Assembly (NCBI GenBank): GCA_963968475.1
Contig: CAXAHE010000001.1
Location: forward strand, 1 to 59,899
Origin: an uncultured Candidatus Poseidoniales archaeon
GTDB lineage: Archaea > Thermoplasmatota > Poseidoniia > Poseidoniales > Poseidoniaceae
Direction of reading: 5' to 3'
DNA: 59,899 bases
Both the position numbers and the translations under genes were made by a program. The notes below the pieces were generated by a model. That model saw only the letters and a program-made list of their open reading frames with translations, was not told the DNA's origin and did not search any database. This document shows, piece by piece, positions 1 through 9,045 of the stretch. The stretch's first letter is position 1; each line of letters begins with the position of its first letter.

Positions 1-135
1 CGCCCTTCTTTGGTCCTGGTGGTCCTCCACCTTTCTTTGGTCCTGGTGGTCCTCCGCCCTTCTTTGGTCCTGGTGGTCCTCCACCTTTCTTTGGTCCTGG
101 TGGTCCTCCACCTTTCTTTGGTCCTGGTGGTCCTC
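1..135. repeat. 27-bp perfect tandem repeat, 5 complete units, truncated by the window edge
   Basis: Units lie at 1-27, 28-54, 55-81, 82-108 and 109-135. Two variants occur, in the order A-B-A-B-B: A = cgcccttctttggtcctggtggtcctc, B = cacctttctttggtcctggtggtcctc. A degenerate copy extends to about 162. The units are contiguous with no spacers and lie inside the CDS above, giving a 9-aa period. Confidence 0.95.
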
Positions 136-1306
136 CACGAGACGGGCCAGGAGGTCCCCCTCGTGATGGTTTTTCTTCGAGTTCTTCCTCTTCTTCCTCA
201 AAAATAGCTCCACAATGTGGGCATTTTGGATCAGATTCTTTGACGAGGCCATCACAGACTTCGCAAGCAAACATTTCCTCTTCAGGTTCTTCACTTGCTC
301 CGATTTTACTGACCTTTCCGTCTTTCATGCAGGATAATATGATTTGGACATCCATGTCAAATCCCTTCAAAGCCACTTCTGTTTGAATAGCGTGTTCAAA
401 TGCAGATTCTAAATCTTCAGGAGTATCGAGAACTCTGCCGTCGTCGACATAGGTTAGGTTTACGATTAGGGCACCATCAACGGTTTTCGCTTCTGGTGTC
501 TCAACAGCAACACCTCGCTTTCGAGCAACTCGTCGAGAAGCAACTTCGCACATTCTTCTCAAGAGAGCCTCATTTGGCGCATCTGTTGAGGTTTGCCCCA
601 TTGTTCCAGCAATGACTTCAGCAGCGGGGGTAATTCCTTGTGCATCTTTTAGATGGGAAGGGAGATCGGCTCCTAGATTTGCAAGGACATTGGTTGCGCT
701 TGTTTGATTCATGTTGAGCCATTGGCTTCTCCGTTCAGTTTTCACAGCACGTTCGGTCTCAGCCAATCGATTTACCATTGCATCTGTAGGCGATGCTGCT
801 GGGTTGTTCGATACTGTTGTCCCACCTAACTGTGGTTCGACGTTTGAAGTCGGAAGTGCTCCGCTGCCTAGGGTTGGTCCTTTGGGTAATGAGGGAATAT
901 CACTTCTCTGTTGACTCTGAGGCATTTGGCCAGGTTGATTTTGGCCAAATGGTTGAGCCTGTGGGAATTGGTTACTCATTTGGTTCGGAAATTGGGAAGG
1001 TTGTTGGGGAGGTATTTGGCCACCTGGGGGAAGGTTCGATTGTTGATGGATCCCTGATGCAATTTGTTGAAGAACGTCGGCCGGAATTCCTTGTGGCATT
1101 CCTTGCTGTTGTGCATCTCTTTGTTGGCGAACAGCTTCACCTGAGACGACTCCAAAACCACGGCCTCCAGTTGCTTCACCTCCACCGAGACTCGTAGACC
1201 CAATGGCTGAGAAACTGCCCGCTCTGGACATTTCTTGACGTGAACCGCATTCTGGACAGAAGATACTGTCATCAGGAATCATTGCAGCGCAAGAACCACA
1301 TTCCAT
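1..1306 (-). CDS. Double zinc-ribbon protein with Q/P-rich linker and C-terminal (GGPPGPKK)n tail; 3' end lies beyond the window edge
   Basis: Absent from the ORF track because it runs off the window. Manual minus-strand translation from the ATG at 1306 (preceded by GGTGAGGAG) is open to position 1. It reads MECGSCAAMIPDDSIFCPECG (CxxC-x10-CxxC), then a Q/P-rich low-complexity stretch and a globular segment. A second ribbon follows (FACEVCDG..KCPHCG), then EEEEEELEE, then repeated GGPPGPKK. The track ORFs 10..207(+), 793..1197(+) and 976..1272(-) are other frames of this region. Confidence 0.7.
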   Translation of the reverse strand, partial: MECGSCAAMIPDDSIFCPECGSRQEMSRAGSFSAIGSTSLGGGEATGGRGFGVVSGEAVRQQRDAQQQGMPQGIPADVLQQIASGIHQQSNLPPGGQIPPQQPSQFPNQMSNQFPQAQPFGQNQPGQMPQSQQRSDIPSLPKGPTLGSGALPTSNVEPQLGGTTVSNNPAASPTDAMVNRLAETERAVKTERRSQWLNMNQTSATNVLANLGADLPSHLKDAQGITPAAEVIAGTMGQTSTDAPNEALLRRMCEVASRRVARKRGVAVETPEAKTVDGALIVNLTYVDDGRVLDTPEDLESAFEHAIQTEVALKGFDMDVQIILSCMKDGKVSKIGASEEPEEEMFACEVCDGLVKESDPKCPHCGAIFEEEEEELEEKPSRGGPPGPSRGGPPGPKKGGGPPGPKKGGGPPGPKKGGGPPGPKKGGGPPGPKKG

Positions 1307-1395
1307 CTCCTCACCTATGCAGACGTACCGCCCCTTCAATCTAAAGTCTTCTGTATTATGGGCAGAAAATTTGGGCAGAGAGAACACGAATCTTC

Positions 1396-2451
1396 ATGCG
1401 GAAGATTAGGTTGGGTCAAACCGGAGAGGAGATGGTGGCAGTTCTAATCAATGATAAATTAGACAAACTTCTCGAAACCACCTCGCGTTCATTTTATCCA
1501 ACACTCAAATATCTTCCAAAAAAGGTACGTGGTCAGATAGGTTTGCTCTATCTTTTGGCCCGACTCGCTGACACAATTGCTGATTCGAAGCACGGAGAGG
1601 CCGAAATTTTACTCGAACTTCTTGGAAAATACAACAATGTAACTCAGGGACGTGAAGCTACTTTGCCTGATTTCTCAGACCTTGCAGAGATTCAAACAAA
1701 TCCACATGAGGCTGAACTTCTTCTAAATGCCAAAGATGTAATTGAAGGATTACAAGAGTATGAAGAAGGAGATAGAGAGCGTATTCTCGAATGCTTGGAA
1801 GTAATCATAGGTGGTCAAATTCTCGATCTTCAACGCTTTGGAACAGCAATGGAAGGAGGGGGCATTTTATCCCTCACCTCTGATGAGGAATTAGATGACT
1901 ATGCCCACAGAGTCGCAGGTTGCGTTGGTACTTTTTGGAGCAAAATGTCTCTTGCCCATCTGATGACGTTGCCTCCTGAGAAAGAGAAAATATTTCTTGA
2001 GAAAGGAATTCGTTTCGGCAAGGCACTTCAAATGATCAATATCCTCAGAGATATTCCCGAGGATTTACGTTTTGGAAGATGTTACATTCCGAGTGAAGCC
2101 CTCTCAAAGCATGGATTGGTTCCAGAAGATCTCTTGGATGATTCGAATCTTGACGCATTCCGTCCACTCTATGATGCATATTTGGATTTAACAAATGACC
2201 ATCTTGAAGCTGCTACTGATTACATTCGAATGCTTCCTGATAAACAATTCCGTCTCAAAGCATCCTGTATGTTACCTGTGCTCATCGGCCAACGTACAGT
2301 GACGCTCCTAAGGACTGGCAATATTCTCGATTCAGATGAACGGATTAAGGTTACAAGAGATGAGATGAAATCTTATGCAAGAAAATTATTACGCGCCCTT
2401 GTTATTCCAGGTGGAGTGCGTCGTTTGCTTGAAAAGAATAAAGATAGGTAA
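1396..2451 (+). CDS. Squalene/phytoene synthase family protein (SQS-like paralog)
   Basis: 351-aa ORF. It carries SRSFYPTLKYLP..LLYLLARLADTIADS (DxxxD region) and INILRDIPEDLRFGRCYIP. These are signature blocks of head-to-head isoprenyl diphosphate synthases. Confidence 0.8.
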   Translation: MRKIRLGQTGEEMVAVLINDKLDKLLETTSRSFYPTLKYLPKKVRGQIGLLYLLARLADTIADSKHGEAEILLELLGKYNNVTQGREATLPDFSDLAEIQTNPHEAELLLNAKDVIEGLQEYEEGDRERILECLEVIIGGQILDLQRFGTAMEGGGILSLTSDEELDDYAHRVAGCVGTFWSKMSLAHLMTLPPEKEKIFLEKGIRFGKALQMINILRDIPEDLRFGRCYIPSEALSKHGLVPEDLLDDSNLDAFRPLYDAYLDLTNDHLEAATDYIRMLPDKQFRLKASCMLPVLIGQRTVTLLRTGNILDSDERIKVTRDEMKSYARKLLRALVIPGGVRRLLEKNKDR

Positions 2452-2571
2452 ATGATATATCGCCGTATACTCTTTGTAAGTAAATTATTACATCCTATGT
2501 TAAAATTCACCTTATCCGAACCTTGGAGAGGAGGCCTCTTAAGGAAGCAGCGCGAGCAATAACTGGTTAGG

Positions 2572-3867
2572 ATGCTGGAACGTCGAAAACCCTTGGACCT
2601 TCTCTTCCCGTTGAAGGGAGGTGCAGAGAGTTCTGTTTCAGCCAAGAAAAACCCAACTCCACTTGACCGCCTCAGAGCAGGTGTCATGTTAGCAAGAGAT
2701 GCAGTTAAGGCTGTTAGTATGACTGCTATGGAAGCTCTCCGTGAGGGAGCACTCATGATTGGAATTATAGGGGAAGAGAATGAACTTGTCGATCCTTTTG
2801 CAGATTTAGATGCACCTATATGGTCGGATAAACCTCCTGCTGAACTCCATCGTCTTGCTTACAAATATTGTGAGGAATTAACGAAGAGGGAAGCTGGTAA
2901 CTTCTATCATTCCTTCAAGTATCTTCCAGATGATCAACGCCAAGCAATGTGTGCAGTCTATGCCTTTTGTCGTCGTGCAGACGATATCGCCGATGGTGAT
3001 TGGGCTGATCGTTTCCCTGGTGCAGAAGGCGAGTTAAGTCAAGAAGCAATAGAATACCGGGAACAACTTGAGTCTTTGCAACAAAGAACAACTATCCTTG
3101 ATAATGAAGTATATCTTAACAAAATCAATCAACTCTTTTTCTTCAGAAAGAAACTCTCTACATGCTATTCAGGCGTTTACAGTACAGACCCTGTTTTCCT
3201 TGCACTCAAAGATACTGTAGAGCGCTACACAATCCCCCGTAGCGTCTTTGATGACCTTATCTCTGGTATGGAAGATGACCTGTATAGTAATCGCTATAGA
3301 ACATTCGATGAACTCTATGTATACTGTTACAGAGTTGCCTCAGTCGTTGGCCTAATGTGTATAGAAATTTACGGATATGATGATCCTCGTGCCAGAAAGT
3401 TTGCTGAATCATGGGGCATATTCATGCAATTAACAAACGTACTACGTGATGTTGGCGAAGACATCGAGCGAGATCGTGTTTACCTTCCTCTTGACGAACT
3501 TGAACACAACGGTATCGGCGAAGAAGACCTCCAAGGAGGGAAAGTTGTTCTCAATTCTTCATGGGAGCCCTACTGTCATCATTATGCTAAGCGGGCTCGA
3601 ACCTATTTGGAAGAAGCACGTCAATTACTACCTCTGCTCCCTCGAAGAACTCGTTATTCACCTGCGGCCATGATTGCATTCTATGATAAAATTTTGAAGC
3701 AAATAGAGAAGCAGCAAGGAGATGTTTTTACCCGTAGAGTCGGTCTTTCCAAGGTACAGAAACTTTCTCTGGCTGCTGCAGTTTATCTTCGACACAGATT
3801 CTTGCCAAGGTTCCTTGACCCAGTATGGTCGGGTTTCGCAAGAATTGGATTGCTTCCAAATGTGTGA
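2572..3867 (+). CDS. Squalene/phytoene synthase family protein (CrtB/HpnD-like paralog)
   Basis: 431-aa ORF with AGNFYHSFKYLPDDQRQAMCAVYAFCRRADDIADG and LTNVLRDVGEDIERDRVYLPLDEL. About 90 aa precede the conserved core, and in-frame ATGs exist downstream, so the start is uncertain. Confidence 0.8.
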   Translation: MLERRKPLDLLFPLKGGAESSVSAKKNPTPLDRLRAGVMLARDAVKAVSMTAMEALREGALMIGIIGEENELVDPFADLDAPIWSDKPPAELHRLAYKYCEELTKREAGNFYHSFKYLPDDQRQAMCAVYAFCRRADDIADGDWADRFPGAEGELSQEAIEYREQLESLQQRTTILDNEVYLNKINQLFFFRKKLSTCYSGVYSTDPVFLALKDTVERYTIPRSVFDDLISGMEDDLYSNRYRTFDELYVYCYRVASVVGLMCIEIYGYDDPRARKFAESWGIFMQLTNVLRDVGEDIERDRVYLPLDELEHNGIGEEDLQGGKVVLNSSWEPYCHHYAKRARTYLEEARQLLPLLPRRTRYSPAAMIAFYDKILKQIEKQQGDVFTRRVGLSKVQKLSLAAAVYLRHRFLPRFLDPVWSGFARIGLLPNV

Positions 3868-3892
3868 ATCTTCTCAAAGAGATTGAATTCAC

Positions 3893-5068
3893 TCAGACTG
3901 TTCGGGTGAACGCTTGAATTCCTGTAATATAGCGTCCAATAATGAGGTTATGGATGTCATGGGTTCCCTCATATGTCTTGACAGACTCAAGGTTAGCCAT
4001 GTGCCTCATGACTGGATATTCATCTAGAATACCATTGGCTCCATGTATATCTCTTGATACGCGAGCAATTTCTAATGCAATGTCAACGTTATTCATCTTA
4101 GCAAGAGAGATCTGTTCGTTGAACCAAGTCCCCTCGTCTTTCTTTCTTCCCAAATGGTAGGCGAGGAGTTGTCCTTTTGTAATTTCTCGAAGCATCCATG
4201 CTAGTTTATTTTGCACTAATTGGTAAGAAGCGATAGGATGATCAAACTGAATTCGACTCATTGAATAGGTCTTGGCGCTGTGGAAGCACGCCATAGCAGC
4301 GCCAAGGGCACCCCATGAAATTCCAAAGCGAGCATTGTTAAGACAAGAAAATGGTCCTCTTAGGCCTTTCACATCAGGTAACATACGATCCTTTGGTATC
4401 TTACAATCTTGGAAGACAAGTTCCGATGTGACCGAAGCCTTGAGCGAATGTTTTCCTTTCATTTCTGGAGCTGAAAATCCTTCATCATCCTTTTCGACAA
4501 TAAATCCGCGAATCACTCCGTCAAGTTTTGCCCAGACGACAGCTAAATCAGCAATAGTCCCGTTTGTGATCCACATCTTTGCACCGTTGAGAAGGTAGTG
4601 ATCTCCCATATCTTCTGCCTTTGTGACCATGTCTCCAGGGTTTGATCCATAATCTGGTTCAGTCAGTCCAAAACAGCCGATGTATTCTCCACTCGCCATT
4701 TTAGGAAGGTACTTGTTCTTCTGTTCTTCGCTTCCGAAATCCCAGATTGGGTACATAGCGAGTGAACCTTGAACTGAAGCAAAAGAACGAAGTCCAGAGT
4801 CTCCTCTCTCAAGTTCTTGACAGATAAGTCCGTAGGCAACATAGGAAAGTCCAGGGCAGCCATATCCTTTCAATGGAGCGCCTAAAACACCCATTTCTCC
4901 AAGCGCAACTCTCCACTCATCAGGAAAAATACCTTCAGCACATGCATGCTCAATCTTAGGAATGACTTCTTCATCAACCCAATCACGAACCATGTCGCGA
5001 ATCATAATTTCTTCTTCGGTAAGTAAGGACTCAATGTCGTAAAAGTCTAGGCCTTCGTATGGTTCCAT
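3893..5068 (-). CDS. gcdH: Glutaryl-CoA dehydrogenase (acyl-CoA dehydrogenase family)
   Basis: 391 aa. Acyl-CoA dehydrogenase blocks GLTEPDYGSNPG and MWITNG are present. The C-terminal YEGTHDIHNLIIGRYITGIQAF is typical of glutaryl-CoA dehydrogenases. Confidence 0.78.
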   Translation of the reverse strand: MEPYEGLDFYDIESLLTEEEIMIRDMVRDWVDEEVIPKIEHACAEGIFPDEWRVALGEMGVLGAPLKGYGCPGLSYVAYGLICQELERGDSGLRSFASVQGSLAMYPIWDFGSEEQKNKYLPKMASGEYIGCFGLTEPDYGSNPGDMVTKAEDMGDHYLLNGAKMWITNGTIADLAVVWAKLDGVIRGFIVEKDDEGFSAPEMKGKHSLKASVTSELVFQDCKIPKDRMLPDVKGLRGPFSCLNNARFGISWGALGAAMACFHSAKTYSMSRIQFDHPIASYQLVQNKLAWMLREITKGQLLAYHLGRKKDEGTWFNEQISLAKMNNVDIALEIARVSRDIHGANGILDEYPVMRHMANLESVKTYEGTHDIHNLIIGRYITGIQAFTRTV

Positions 5069-5140
5069 AGTGTTCCCTAACCGGGCGTGGTTGAAAGTAA
5101 TTGATGAACTTTAGCACGAACTCCGTGCGGGTAGAAATCA

Positions 5141-6328
5141 TTACTTTTTCTTATCAAAGCCACGCAGTTGTCGGTATTTCCTTTGTAAAAACGGAGAATT
5201 CATGTAAATCAAACCAATAATGACCCCTGGAACAGAAATCGCCACCGCAGTGAAAACGAGTGTTTCCATTATCCCCAAACTTGGTGTTGTTTGATCGGGA
5301 GTTATTTTGACAATTTTTCCCGTATTCGTCATCATCCACCCATCGTTTTCTCCTTTTTCCCAAATCAGAGTGATGCTATCGCCTGCAACAGTAGGATTGA
5401 ACGCAATTAATTCTTCTGAAGAAGTATGAAGGAAAATCTCATTTAAATTCGGTTGGTGTCGAACTGATTCCATTGGAGCCATATGGACGAGTGTAGTTCC
5501 ATCATATCCACGGCTCAGTTTGATGAAATCACTATCGCCATCTTTCAGAAAACTAGCTTTTGTAACACCATCTCCATCAAGATCACCAGTAGATTTTGAT
5601 GCATCTTCAATATCGAGACGTATTGAAAGGTATTGTCTCCCACTAGCAAATCCAGTGCATGTGTAGAGCGTAGATTCAGGACAATCGATGGCCATCCATG
5701 CTAGATTTGAGGTTCCACTTATCCAAGTTAATTCTCTTGTTCTGTCAATGACTCCAATGCCATCTTCAAGAGTAGCCAAAACGCAGATATTCTGTTCGAG
5801 ATGACACGCTATATCAGTAACTGTTGAATTCATACTACCTTCCATTTCAGTAAGTCCCTCGCCTTGGTTGAAACTGTAAACGTTGCCGTTTTTTGCTCCA
5901 AAGAAAGCGAGATCGCCTCCCGCTCTCCATTCAACGCTTGTAAGTTCTATTCCGTTGACGATCGTGGCACCATTCAATGATTCAATCCTTTGGTCAGAAT
6001 GGACATATCGTAGGGCAGCCCCTAAATCACCCGCAATGAGAGCAGTTTCACCGTTAGGATGCCATGCTACATTATTGAAAGAAGCGCTTCGGCCGCTGTC
6101 TATCGAAGTATCCTTTGCGCGATCACCGGGTTCATTCGCAGAAAAACCATGAATGAATCCATCGGAACCAACGACGAGAACAGTGGCTCCATCTGGAGAA
6201 ACATCACCAGAATTAAGTGCAAGATTTTGAGAACTAAGCGGTGTTAAATTAGAAAATTTGACTTCGGAAGCAGAAGCCACTGGTAAAAGGAGAATCCCGA
6301 TAAGTACTATCGCCATTATCTTGCGCAT
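5141..6328 (-). CDS. Secreted, C-terminally membrane-anchored protein, beta-propeller-like
   Basis: The ORF-track start at 6349 is GTG. The ATG at 6328 gives a canonical signal peptide, MRKIMAIVLIGILLLPVASASE. Repeated beta-strand blocks (GSDGFIHGF, AFFGAKNGNVYSF) are present. A C-terminal TM helix is followed by a basic tail (..LQRKYRQLRGFDKKK). Confidence 0.6.
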   Translation of the reverse strand: MRKIMAIVLIGILLLPVASASEVKFSNLTPLSSQNLALNSGDVSPDGATVLVVGSDGFIHGFSANEPGDRAKDTSIDSGRSASFNNVAWHPNGETALIAGDLGAALRYVHSDQRIESLNGATIVNGIELTSVEWRAGGDLAFFGAKNGNVYSFNQGEGLTEMEGSMNSTVTDIACHLEQNICVLATLEDGIGVIDRTRELTWISGTSNLAWMAIDCPESTLYTCTGFASGRQYLSIRLDIEDASKSTGDLDGDGVTKASFLKDGDSDFIKLSRGYDGTTLVHMAPMESVRHQPNLNEIFLHTSSEELIAFNPTVAGDSITLIWEKGENDGWMMTNTGKIVKITPDQTTPSLGIMETLVFTAVAISVPGVIIGLIYMNSPFLQRKYRQLRGFDKKK

Positions 6329-6417
6329 AGTTGGCGCAGAGATTAACACAAAAAAACCCCCCGCATGAGGTGGCTTCTCTTTCGCGAGACTTATGAGGCA
6401 CCTGTCGATGGCCTAAC

Positions 6418-6942
6418 ATGGAGCGATTCGCAGTTAAGCGTGGTTTAGAAAAGTCGATTGGTGGAAATGCTGGTCTTGCAAAGTTAGCAGCACAACATTT
6501 CGACAATGTTCAAGCAAATTCTGAAGGTGAATTTGAAGCATCGTTTGGTCTTCTTTCATCCATCAAAGGGTCTTACACAGATCAAGGCAAACTCATGGTT
6601 GACGTCGTTCAACTCAAAGGGTCTGACCTTGAATCCTTTTTGTCTCAAGACGGCGGCCGTGAAACAGCATTAGAAAGCCGTAAGAAGTGGTCAGCATTTC
6701 TTGATGAAGCAACTGGATACACTCCGAAACAACGTGGGGACAAGGCCAAGGAAGACGCAAAGAAATACTCAAAGGCTAAATCTGGAATCAAGATGATTCG
6801 TAAATCAATCGAGATGAGTTCAACTGTAACTCAAGAAACAATCGACCTTGCAGAATCAATGATTGCAGAAATCGAAAAGATGATTGCAGCAGGAACACCT
6901 CCGTCGGAAGGTAAAGTGAAGAAACTCACAGACCTTGTTTGA
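6418..6942 (+). CDS. Hypothetical protein (Lys-rich, helical C-terminus)
   Basis: 174-aa ORF ending 3 nt before the tyrS start, which suggests an operon. I recognise no family. Confidence 0.5.
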   Translation: MERFAVKRGLEKSIGGNAGLAKLAAQHFDNVQANSEGEFEASFGLLSSIKGSYTDQGKLMVDVVQLKGSDLESFLSQDGGRETALESRKKWSAFLDEATGYTPKQRGDKAKEDAKKYSKAKSGIKMIRKSIEMSSTVTQETIDLAESMIAEIEKMIAAGTPPSEGKVKKLTDLV

Positions 6943-6945
6943 GGT

Positions 6946-8094
6946 GTGGACATGGACGTCGATACGCTCCTGTCTCCCTTTGAGGAAAGATATGAACGTA
7001 TTAAGGAACTAAATGAAGACCAACGTAAGCGTCTCTGTCTGATGGTTTCAGATGTCGAAGAATGTGTTGGCATTAACCACCTTGTCGATTGTCTTGCTGA
7101 TGAAACCTCGATGTCTGGCGATGGTGTAATTCGATGCTACGTTGGTTTCGAACCAAGCGGCAAAGCCCATATTGGCTGGAAGGTCCTTTCACTGCAACTA
7201 AAACGCATGCTTGAAGCAAAAGCAAATGTCTTAATTTTCCTTGCCGATTGGCACGCATGGGTTAATGATAAATTCGGGGGTCAAATGGATGATATCCAGA
7301 AGACAGCTGTGTATATGGAAGAGACTTTCCGAGCCCTCCTTGATTACCCTGACGAAGGAGAAGGCCCAGGACAACTTCGATTTGTTTGGGCTAGTACACT
7401 CATGGATTCTGGCGATTACTGGGCGAGAGTACTTCGATGTTCAAAGGGAGCGACCCTGCCGATGGTTCGTAAAACATTCACTATCATGGGACGTGACGAA
7501 GCTTCATCAGATCATGATTTGTCTAAATTCTATTATCCTGCCATGCAGGCTGCGGACATTTTCGAACTTGGAATAGATGTTGCCCTTGGCGGAATGGACC
7601 AACGAAAAGCCCACATGTTCATGAGAGATATGGCCTCGAAATGGAACTGGAAGAAGGCGACCTGTCTTCACACCCCTATCCTTTCCTCATTGAAGGCCTC
7701 AGGTGTCCGAATGGATTCCTTCGATCACAAGATGAGTAAATCTGATCCTAACGGGGCTCTTTTGCTTCATGATACACTGCAACTCGTCCAAAAGAAGATG
7801 AAGAAAGCTTATCTCGATCCTGTTGATGATCATTCACCAGTTTACGAACTCGTTGAACATGTTGTTTTACCAGAATTCGGGTCAATCACAGTCACTCCGA
7901 ACCCTAAATTTGGAGAACCAAGCACTTGGGATGACCTTGAACAATTTAAGCAGGCAGTAAAAGATGGTACGCTCCATCCTTTCGATGCGAAAATGGGTGT
8001 TGCAGAAGGCGTGGCGAACGGATTGGTTTCAATTGCACAGCACTTTGAAGAACATCCCGAATCTTACGAGACAATGTTGAGCATAACCTCTTGA
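6946..8094 (+). CDS. tyrS: Tyrosyl-tRNA synthetase, archaeal type
   Basis: GFEPSGKAHIGW is the HIGH-type motif. YYPAMQAADIFELGIDVALGGMDQRKAHMFMRD parallels archaeal TyrRS (YPxMQxxDI..GVDVAxGGMxQRKxHM). KMSKS is present. Confidence 0.85.
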   Translation: MDMDVDTLLSPFEERYERIKELNEDQRKRLCLMVSDVEECVGINHLVDCLADETSMSGDGVIRCYVGFEPSGKAHIGWKVLSLQLKRMLEAKANVLIFLADWHAWVNDKFGGQMDDIQKTAVYMEETFRALLDYPDEGEGPGQLRFVWASTLMDSGDYWARVLRCSKGATLPMVRKTFTIMGRDEASSDHDLSKFYYPAMQAADIFELGIDVALGGMDQRKAHMFMRDMASKWNWKKATCLHTPILSSLKASGVRMDSFDHKMSKSDPNGALLLHDTLQLVQKKMKKAYLDPVDDHSPVYELVEHVVLPEFGSITVTPNPKFGEPSTWDDLEQFKQAVKDGTLHPFDAKMGVAEGVANGLVSIAQHFEEHPESYETMLSITS

Positions 8095-8101
8095 AATACG
8101 T

Positions 8102-8932
8102 TCACAGGCCCTCTATACTGAAGGCATGAATTTGTAGAATACGTCGTGTATCTTTCATGAAGTTTCTATCTGGAACAGGATCTATTTGAACGACGCCGTT
8201 GATTCTCACAGTATCTCCAATCTTGTAAGTATCTACATACTCGTCGTCTATCACGACCCAAATGGGTTGCCCAGATGAGTCATCGATATCTGAAACAGAC
8301 AAGTATTGAATGTCTTTGTAAAATGAACCTTCAGCAGTAAGTTTCATCGAAGATTTCAGGCGTTCATAAACACCATACGGAATCTTACCTTCGAATGTTT
8401 CCATTGCCTTATCGAAACAGACCTTGCAGGGTCCTTCAGGGCGCTTCCTCTCACGAGCAATCTTCTGCTTGACAATATCCCTTGACTCACAGCGAACGCA
8501 TACATAGAGCGCTTCTTGGAGGTAGCCCAAGCGAGGTCCTACATCCTTAATCCGGACGACAGAACTGACAATTTTGCCTCTATTTCTCATTCTTAGGGAG
8601 GAGATCGTCTTCGTGCGTTCGGCTGGGAGGAAGAGAGGTCGGAGGATACATCGAATATCACTCACTTCATTTTCAGCAACCATCGTACGAAGAACTTCAT
8701 TTGCTAGTTCAATCGTTTCCTCCGGTGTTTCGTTAAAGTACAAGCTAAGCACATCGTTACGGTCAATGTCTCTGTAATCGACATCAAACGGGAAGATTGG
8801 TTGCTCTAGACAATCAGTTCCCAAGAGTGATCTAAAGTCCTCACTATGTTTCGATTCAAACAGCTCTCTCCAAGCGTTGAGCGTGTCTGCTTGGGCGGGC
8901 GATGGTCCGGGAAATACTCGTTCATCTGGCAT
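8102..8932 (-). CDS. Stand-alone MCM N-terminal domain-like protein (helical + Zn-ribbon + OB); no AAA+ domain
   Basis: 276 aa. The order of blocks matches MCM N-termini. FDVDYRDIDRNDVLSLYFNETPEETIELANEVL is followed by IRCILRP..TISSLRMRNRGKIVSSVVRIKDVGPRLGYLQEALYVCVRC. Then come CxxC..CxxC (CVRC..CKVC) and VVIDDEYVDTYKIGDTVRINGVV. The ORF stops where the AAA+ core would begin, and tyrS abuts it convergently. Confidence 0.5.
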   Translation of the reverse strand: MPDERVFPGPSPAQADTLNAWRELFESKHSEDFRSLLGTDCLEQPIFPFDVDYRDIDRNDVLSLYFNETPEETIELANEVLRTMVAENEVSDIRCILRPLFLPAERTKTISSLRMRNRGKIVSSVVRIKDVGPRLGYLQEALYVCVRCESRDIVKQKIARERKRPEGPCKVCFDKAMETFEGKIPYGVYERLKSSMKLTAEGSFYKDIQYLSVSDIDDSSGQPIWVVIDDEYVDTYKIGDTVRINGVVQIDPVPDRNFMKDTRRILQIHAFSIEGL

Positions 8933-9045
8933 GGAAATTGGCCTTAAAACAGACGGTTTCTAAAGATTTCTGTGCTTCTTATTTCCGTTCTTAAATTACA
9001 AACGGCGGAAAGCCAATCTTCATGAATCGAGCCTCATTCCGTTGA

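Noticed and set aside
1-162. A possible CRISPR array, or a collagen-like protein, encoded by the 27-bp repeats
   Set aside because: The units are directly contiguous with no spacers and lie inside a long open frame, so this is not a CRISPR array. In the encoded GGPPGPKKG period, glycine does not fall at every third residue, so it is not a collagen triple-helix repeat.
10-207. Track ORF 10..207(+), encoding MVLVVLHLSLVLVV.. repeats
   Set aside because: It is the antisense reading of the tandem repeat. The minus strand carries a 435-codon frame with zinc ribbons and a proper start context. ORFs 400..615(+), 711..914(+), 793..1197(+) and 976..1272(-) are likewise shadow frames of that gene.
2373-2756. 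Minus-strand ORFs spanning intergenic regions: 2373..2756, 6249..6506, 18435..18797 and 18616..18879
   Set aside because: They overlap well-supported plus-strand genes or the tRNA, and have no motifs and no start context. The last two run through the tRNA-Ser gene itself.
5141-5230. PGF-CTERM/archaeosortase sorting signals at the C-termini of the surface proteins
   Set aside because: The C-terminal TM helix plus basic tail is present, but there is no PGF (or similar) tripeptide before the helix. The closest is VPGV in 5141-6328, so I treat these as plain anchors.
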